A DNA stretch of 64,000 nt, taken from IMG/VR virus record IMGVR_UViG_3300036466_000576. One strand, written 5' to 3'. Shown one piece after another: positions 59,289 through 64,000 of the stretch (its first letter is position 1; every line of letters starts with the position of its first letter). Made by a program: the position numbers and the translations under genes. The notes below the pieces were generated by a model. It saw only the letters and a program-made list of their open reading frames with translations, was not told where the DNA came from and made no database searches. Source of the DNA: an uncultured virus (IMG/VR IMGVR_UViG_3300036466_000576) (Duplodnaviria > Heunggongvirae > Uroviricota > Caudoviricetes).

Positions 59289-59519
59289 TTACTGATTTTT
59301 AATCTTATAAAATCTATCTGCCATAACCGTTAAAAGATCAAATATAACCACATCGATACCAAAAGAAACACCCCATCTTTCTTCAATATCTTTTTTTATC
59401 CCCCTAACAATCCCATTTGATTTCAATGTGCCATTTCTCTTCATTTCTTCAATTTCTTCATAAGCTTTTAACAAATCTTCTTCTTTAATATTCCCAAGAT
59501 ATTCTTTTAAATCATTCAT
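59289..59519 (-). CDS. Hypothetical protein
   Basis: 76 aa, RBS AGGAGG. Confidence 0.65.
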   Translation of the reverse strand: MNDLKEYLGNIKEEDLLKAYEEIEEMKRNGTLKSNGIVRGIKKDIEERWGVSFGIDVVIFDLLTVMADRFYKIKNQ

Positions 59520-59535
59520 TATTTGCCTCCTAGAT

Positions 59536-59910
59536 TTAATTATTATATTGCTCCATAAATTCTTCTTTTGTTATTTTGAAATCATCATTTAACCATTTCA
59601 ACAAACACACTTCTAAGGTAGCAGATCTTCTTCTATCTTTATTAAAGGCAGCTCTTTTTTTTAGTTCATTATCAAATTTTTCAACTAAATCTCTAACCTT
59701 ATAAAGATTTTTTCTTTCAGTTCTTTCGACATCGTCAAATCGTTTCAGTATTTCTTCTTCAGTTAAAGAAAACTCACCATCAATATATTTCTTTAAAATT
59801 ATTTTAACGAGTGAACTTAAACTAACCTTGCCAAACTCACTCAGCATTTTATGCGAAACTTTTACTTCTAATTCTTTATTTAATCTATATTGAATTGCCA
59901 AATTGTTCAC
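59536..59910 (-). CDS. Hypothetical protein, possible tandem RHH
   Basis: 124 aa with internally repeated pattern. Confidence 0.55.
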   Translation of the reverse strand: MNNLAIQYRLNKELEVKVSHKMLSEFGKVSLSSLVKIILKKYIDGEFSLTEEEILKRFDDVERTERKNLYKVRDLVEKFDNELKKRAAFNKDRRRSATLEVCLLKWLNDDFKITKEEFMEQYNN

Positions 59911-60339
59911 CTCCTATTTATTATTTTTTAATATTATTTTTGTAAAACCTATAAGACATTTGAGCCAAAACATTATGAATTACAGCATCAACAGTGAAGA
60001 AAGTATCCAATTCATTTTCAATTTGTTCTTTTAAACTATTTATTACTCCATTTCCCTTCAATTCTCCAGACTTTCTCATTTCGACAATATCCTCATAAGC
60101 ATTAGCTAACCTTTTATTTTCTATATCAGTAAAAAATTGTTTTACTTTTTACATTTGAAACCCCTCCATTTATATTCTTTCTTTTTTGTTATCTTTTAGT
60201 TTTGAGACCTCTTTCTTAAGTTGATTAACTTCTTTCATTAACTCAGTTACAATTTCGGAAAGTTCATCTCTGGTATAAACTTTGTTATAATCAAAATAAT
60301 CCTTACCTTTTTTGAACATTATACCAACCCCTGATTTGA

Positions 60340-60549
60340 TTATTTTTCTAACTCTACATAATGATAGGTTTTCCCTTCTAAAACACTATTTTTTGCAACG
60401 CCCTGCCATGTTCCTTTCTTATTATTATGCTCAAAGTCAGGATTATCAGGGTTAAAAATTTTAATTTTTTCTCCAATATGATACTGTTGCTGTCCTTTGT
60501 AATCTAGATCTATACTTTTAATGTATTCAGCTCTTATTTTAGTTTTCAT
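60340..60549 (-). CDS. Hypothetical protein
   Basis: 69 aa, RBS AGGAGG. Confidence 0.6.
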   Translation of the reverse strand: MKTKIRAEYIKSIDLDYKGQQQYHIGEKIKIFNPDNPDFEHNNKKGTWQGVAKNSVLEGKTYHYVELEK

Positions 60550-60583
60550 TCAGTCAACCTCCTAAACTAATTAATGTTTTTTT

Positions 60584-60973
60584 CTATAATTTCTCTAATA
60601 ACTCTCCCATCCCTGACCCCTCTATATTTCTTTCAAAAGGAGAATGAGAAAACCTCCAAGTATTATTTGTCAAATTAATATAAAATAAGTTGTTTTCATT
60701 TACATATTCTTTTTTCTTACCAACAAAATTGCCCCAATCATCATACACATCAACCAATAGTGTTCCTTTATCTTTAATTAAAATTTGATACTCATTTGAT
60801 AAAAACCTTTTTTTAATTGAGTTTTTGTCATAATAGATGTCCATATTAGAAGAATCAGAAGAACTGTATTTAATCCAATTTCTATCTGGATTTAAAACAT
60901 TAAAGTAGAAATAGCTTCCCAGAATAACCACGATTAAAAGAACAATTAAGTTGTATTTATTTTTTACATTCAT
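60584..60973 (-). CDS. Membrane-anchored hypothetical protein
   Basis: N-terminal TM; W..Y...IYYDKNSI. Confidence 0.6.
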   Translation of the reverse strand: MNVKNKYNLIVLLIVVILGSYFYFNVLNPDRNWIKYSSSDSSNMDIYYDKNSIKKRFLSNEYQILIKDKGTLLVDVYDDWGNFVGKKKEYVNENNLFYINLTNNTWRFSHSPFERNIEGSGMGELLEKL

Positions 60974-61072
60974 GTAATTTCTCCCTGTTTTCAAACTGTT
61001 TTTCTAAATATTCCTTAATTAGCAGAATACTGTTTAAGATAGTCGGTTTTTTTTAATTTCAAACCACCCCTA

Positions 61073-61312
61073 TTATAAAAGTTCTTTTAAATCTAACCCA
61101 TCCTCTAACCCTTTCTTGTATGCTAAATCTTGCAATTTAATCAATAAAGCAGATACATCATTTTCAAAAACCCAATCTAAATCCAAATCAGACAAAATAT
61201 TTTTTAAATCTTTTTCAAGTTGTTTGTATTGTTCATCACTTTCTATCGCTTTATCCACCTTTTCCTGCTGACTTTCAGCGATGAAGTTAATTAACTCTTT
61301 TTTGTTTATCAT
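61073..61312 (-). CDS. Hypothetical protein
   Basis: 79 aa. Confidence 0.6.
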   Translation of the reverse strand: MINKKELINFIAESQQEKVDKAIESDEQYKQLEKDLKNILSDLDLDWVFENDVSALLIKLQDLAYKKGLEDGLDLKELL

Positions 61313-61324
61313 TATTTTTCTCTC

Positions 61325-61699
61325 CTATTCCTGAACTATTTCGTATTCAGCACCTTCTATTAGTCCATCAATATCCTTAACTTCTCCTTTTTTATCAAGT
61401 ACAACTCTTGGAGGTATTTTTTCTAACTGCAATTTTTCAAAAAGGTCGTATCGTACATATTCTGATAACATATCTTCAAACCTTTCTCTTGTCTCTTTAT
61501 CGTACATATCAATATTTTGTTCAAGGTTTTCCCTAAAAAGCTTTTTCATTTGCTTAACATTAGCTCCAGTTTGTATTATTATTTTACCATCTTCTCTTTT
61601 CGCCTCTGGTAATTTAGCATCAATTTCCCCTAAGTCAAAGTCAACGGTAAAGGTAGCTTGATATTCGCCATTATCTTTCTTCTTTAGTTTTATTTTCAT
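61325..61699 (-). CDS. Hypothetical protein
   Basis: 124 aa, RBS. Confidence 0.65.
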   Translation of the reverse strand: MKIKLKKKDNGEYQATFTVDFDLGEIDAKLPEAKREDGKIIIQTGANVKQMKKLFRENLEQNIDMYDKETRERFEDMLSEYVRYDLFEKLQLEKIPPRVVLDKKGEVKDIDGLIEGAEYEIVQE

Positions 61700-61972
61700 T
61701 TAATTTTCCTCCTTATATTTATCTCTCATTTTATTAATGTAAAGATTAAATTCGTATGTTGGACTTACTTCAACTTTTTCTTCTTTAAATTCTTTTTGGA
61801 CTGTAACTAATTTTTTCTCGTCTTCTTTAATCCAGCCTTTAATATTTTCATCTTCAAGATATTTTTGAACAGCTTCTTCATTGTCGGCTTCAATTAATAA
61901 AAATCTATCTAAAGCATAACCTGCCATATATGGTTTAATTTTTTCTAAATCTATTCCTACTGCATATTTCAT
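61700..61972 (-). CDS. Hypothetical protein
   Basis: 90 aa, RBS. Confidence 0.65.
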   Translation of the reverse strand: MKYAVGIDLEKIKPYMAGYALDRFLLIEADNEEAVQKYLEDENIKGWIKEDEKKLVTVQKEFKEEKVEVSPTYEFNLYINKMRDKYKEEN

Positions 61973-61992
61973 TTTAACACTCCTTTTTCATT

Positions 61993-62256
61993 CTAGTCTA
62001 AAATTTGGAAAACCTGATAAACATCATCCCCTTGATGAATTGAAAAACTTCCAATGTGTTTAGATTTGTTTGGAATTTCATCATTCTCACCTAAAGATAT
62101 AAGCGTAACATTTATTTCAGGCTTTTCTGTATTAACTTTAACCCACAATTGAGGATTTCCATATTGAACACGAATTTCTAATATTTCATATCCTTCATTA
62201 ATAGTTAATGTTTTAGCACCCCTTGTCTCTAATGTATATTTTTCTAGCTTTTTCAT
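61993..62256 (-). CDS. Small phage-type hypothetical protein
   Basis: KYTL..EIL...Q.G.PQLW..V..HIGS. Confidence 0.65.
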   Translation of the reverse strand: MKKLEKYTLETRGAKTLTINEGYEILEIRVQYGNPQLWVKVNTEKPEINVTLISLGENDEIPNKSKHIGSFSIHQGDDVYQVFQILD

Positions 62257-62278
62257 AAAACCACTCCTTATATTTAGT

Positions 62279-62470
62279 TTATTTTATTATTTCAACAAGT
62301 TCTAAATCCCATTCTGAAGGGTTTTCCAATTCTTCTGAATAAATAGCATATCCCCAACCATTAACCCCCTGATATACTTTTTTATTGTCAAAACTTACTG
62401 TTTTAATTAAATTTCTTTTCGGTTGACATCCTGGAGCTGGAGGTCTTAGCCTATATACATATTTAAACAT
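62279..62470 (-). CDS. DarA C-terminal-like (defence-against-restriction) small protein
   Basis: YVYRLRPPAPGCQPK...WGYAIYSEEL...WDL. Confidence 0.55.
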   Translation of the reverse strand: MFKYVYRLRPPAPGCQPKRNLIKTVSFDNKKVYQGVNGWGYAIYSEELENPSEWDLELVEIIK

Positions 62471-62481
62471 TTATTAACCCC

Positions 62482-62964
62482 CTATTTAACTAATTTAGGA
62501 TCTATTTTTTTGATTTTATCAATAGCATGAATAACATTGTCAAAATTCAAATAAAATTTATACTGCTCTTCAAAATTCTGATTGGAAGAACTGATATTCA
62601 AATGAAACTTTTGATCTTTTAAAAAATACAAATCAATTTTACTATCTGGATTATTCCAGATTACAATATTATCTTTTTCCTTATCGTATTCACACTCAAT
62701 GTCGTGTTGTTTTAATATTTCAACTGCTTTTTCTTTATTATTTTTTTCTTTTTTGTTTTCCACATTAATAGTAAAGTATGATAGAAAATCTAATTCATTT
62801 TCGTCAAAAATATCTAAATTATTTTCTATTTCCTCTTTGTGTTCTAATAATCTACCGAGGATTTGGCTTTCTCCAGCCCCCTTACTTGCTGACCATATTT
62901 TATCTAAAGAACTGTATAATTGCATCGATGTAACGACTAACTCTTTAATATTTTCTTTTTTCAT
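62482..62964 (-). CDS. Hypothetical protein
   Basis: 160 aa, RBS AAGGAGG. Confidence 0.65.
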   Translation of the reverse strand: MKKENIKELVVTSMQLYSSLDKIWSASKGAGESQILGRLLEHKEEIENNLDIFDENELDFLSYFTINVENKKEKNNKEKAVEILKQHDIECEYDKEKDNIVIWNNPDSKIDLYFLKDQKFHLNISSSNQNFEEQYKFYLNFDNVIHAIDKIKKIDPKLVK

Positions 62965-62985
62965 TTCTATTTCCTCCTTATATTT

Positions 62986-63420
62986 TTATAATGACCCTTC
63001 TATAATTTCTTTTCTTATAATCATTAATAGTTTACCTAATATATTTTCTCCTTTACCTTTGCATCTTCCCCAATAGAAATCATTCCAGTTATTCCCCTCA
63101 ACCAAAATAGCATCTTTAGTTTCTACAAGTTTCTTCTTAATTTCTGGATTTTGTTTAAATTTTGCTTTCAACCCTGCATACATTATCGGAACTCTTAAAT
63201 CATTCCAATTATTTCTAAGAGTTACTCTTCTACCGATTTTTTTAGCTTTACTGGGGGTTTCTGCTTTTCTTACTTTTTCTCTTTCGTTTTCATTTAAAGT
63301 TTTCATTGTTTGAAAAAAATGTTCATTGGTTTTGTAGAAATGACCATCAATTTTAAATCCGTCATCTGAAAAATTCGATAGGAAATAATATTTTCCTCTA
63401 AATTCATCTATTTTTTTCAT
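62986..63420 (-). CDS. NADAR (YbiA-like) family protein
   Basis: FLSNF, TNEHFFQ..K, AKKIGR, AKFKQN, LVEGN.WND.YWG..GENILGKLLM. Confidence 0.92.
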   Translation of the reverse strand: MKKIDEFRGKYYFLSNFSDDGFKIDGHFYKTNEHFFQTMKTLNENEREKVRKAETPSKAKKIGRRVTLRNNWNDLRVPIMYAGLKAKFKQNPEIKKKLVETKDAILVEGNNWNDFYWGRCKGKGENILGKLLMIIRKEIIEGSL

Positions 63421-63444
63421 TTTATTAATTCTCCTTTGCTATTT

Positions 63445-63972
63445 CTATGTCCACATATGAGGAAGTAGTGCAAATACAAATTGCATAAATACATCATCAT
63501 ATTTTATCTTCAGCATTGCAGCCCATACTTCATTATAAGAACCACTTGTATTTAACTCTTCTCCCAACATAGCTCGAAGATGGTCTTTTAAAATGTTAAT
63601 TACTTCTTCATTTTGGGAGTTGGCTTTAAGGTAGTTTTGAACGGCTTTATAATATAGAAAATCATTTTCTTCAATACTAAAAGCATAACTTTCTACTTCT
63701 GGTTCTTCTATTTCAATATTTAACTTATCAGCAAGTTCAGCCCAATCCCAGCCTTTTAATTTATAGTTTTTATTTATTTCAATTTTACTATCGACCAATT
63801 TATCATAAGTTTCCATTTGATTTTTAATATTGTGTAAAACTTGAAGTTTATCATGATATTCTCTTGGATCATAAAAATTATTCATTTTATCTTCAAAATC
63901 ATTAATTAACTCTTCGATATCACTTTGAATGTATTTATATGCTTGTTCATAATTCATTATTTTTTTAGTCAT
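63445..63972 (-). CDS. Hypothetical protein
   Basis: 175 aa, RBS AAGGAGG. Confidence 0.65.
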   Translation of the reverse strand: MTKKIMNYEQAYKYIQSDIEELINDFEDKMNNFYDPREYHDKLQVLHNIKNQMETYDKLVDSKIEINKNYKLKGWDWAELADKLNIEIEEPEVESYAFSIEENDFLYYKAVQNYLKANSQNEEVINILKDHLRAMLGEELNTSGSYNEVWAAMLKIKYDDVFMQFVFALLPHMWT

Positions 63973-64000
63973 TTATTAACCTCCTTAATTATTGATTACA

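Noticed and set aside
1212..63076. Antisense ORFs in the track (e.g. 1212, 1533, 4382, 13720, 16696, 17475, 21484, 22150, 24565, 49216, 53011, 62699)
   Set aside because: Shadow frames opposite well-supported genes, F/L/S/I-rich composition typical of AT-rich antisense, no RBS

Overview
Very AT-rich 64-kb segment that looks like part of a large extrachromosomal element (megaplasmid or phage-plasmid). The host is probably a diderm anaerobic Firmicute such as a Halanaerobiales member; this is inferred from Lpt genes together with Firmicute-type promoters and RBSs. No virion genes or CRISPR array are visible. The window holds a replicon (phage-O-like Rep with internal 21-bp iterons and a C-terminal DnaA_N-like domain, a putative antisense copy-control RNA, ParA plus partner). 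It also carries DNA/nucleotide genes (gyrB start, ruvC, SNF2 helicase, ligA, dprA, gmk, nrdD with two inteins and a detached glycyl-radical domain, nrdG), an LptF/G-LptD fusion with lptA, and many small hypothetical or decayed genes. The most striking feature is a ~2.8-kb minus-strand RNA array (13395->10579) behind one consensus promoter. It contains about 11 tRNAs, at least 6 non-canonical tRNA-like RNAs, and two ACAGCAA hairpin RNAs that each display an anticodon-like stem-loop directly upstream of a Ro60/TROVE-like (DUF2828-type) vWA gene. This is a candidate RNA-decoy ribonucleoprotein system. All family assignments come from motif recognition by eye, not database searches.
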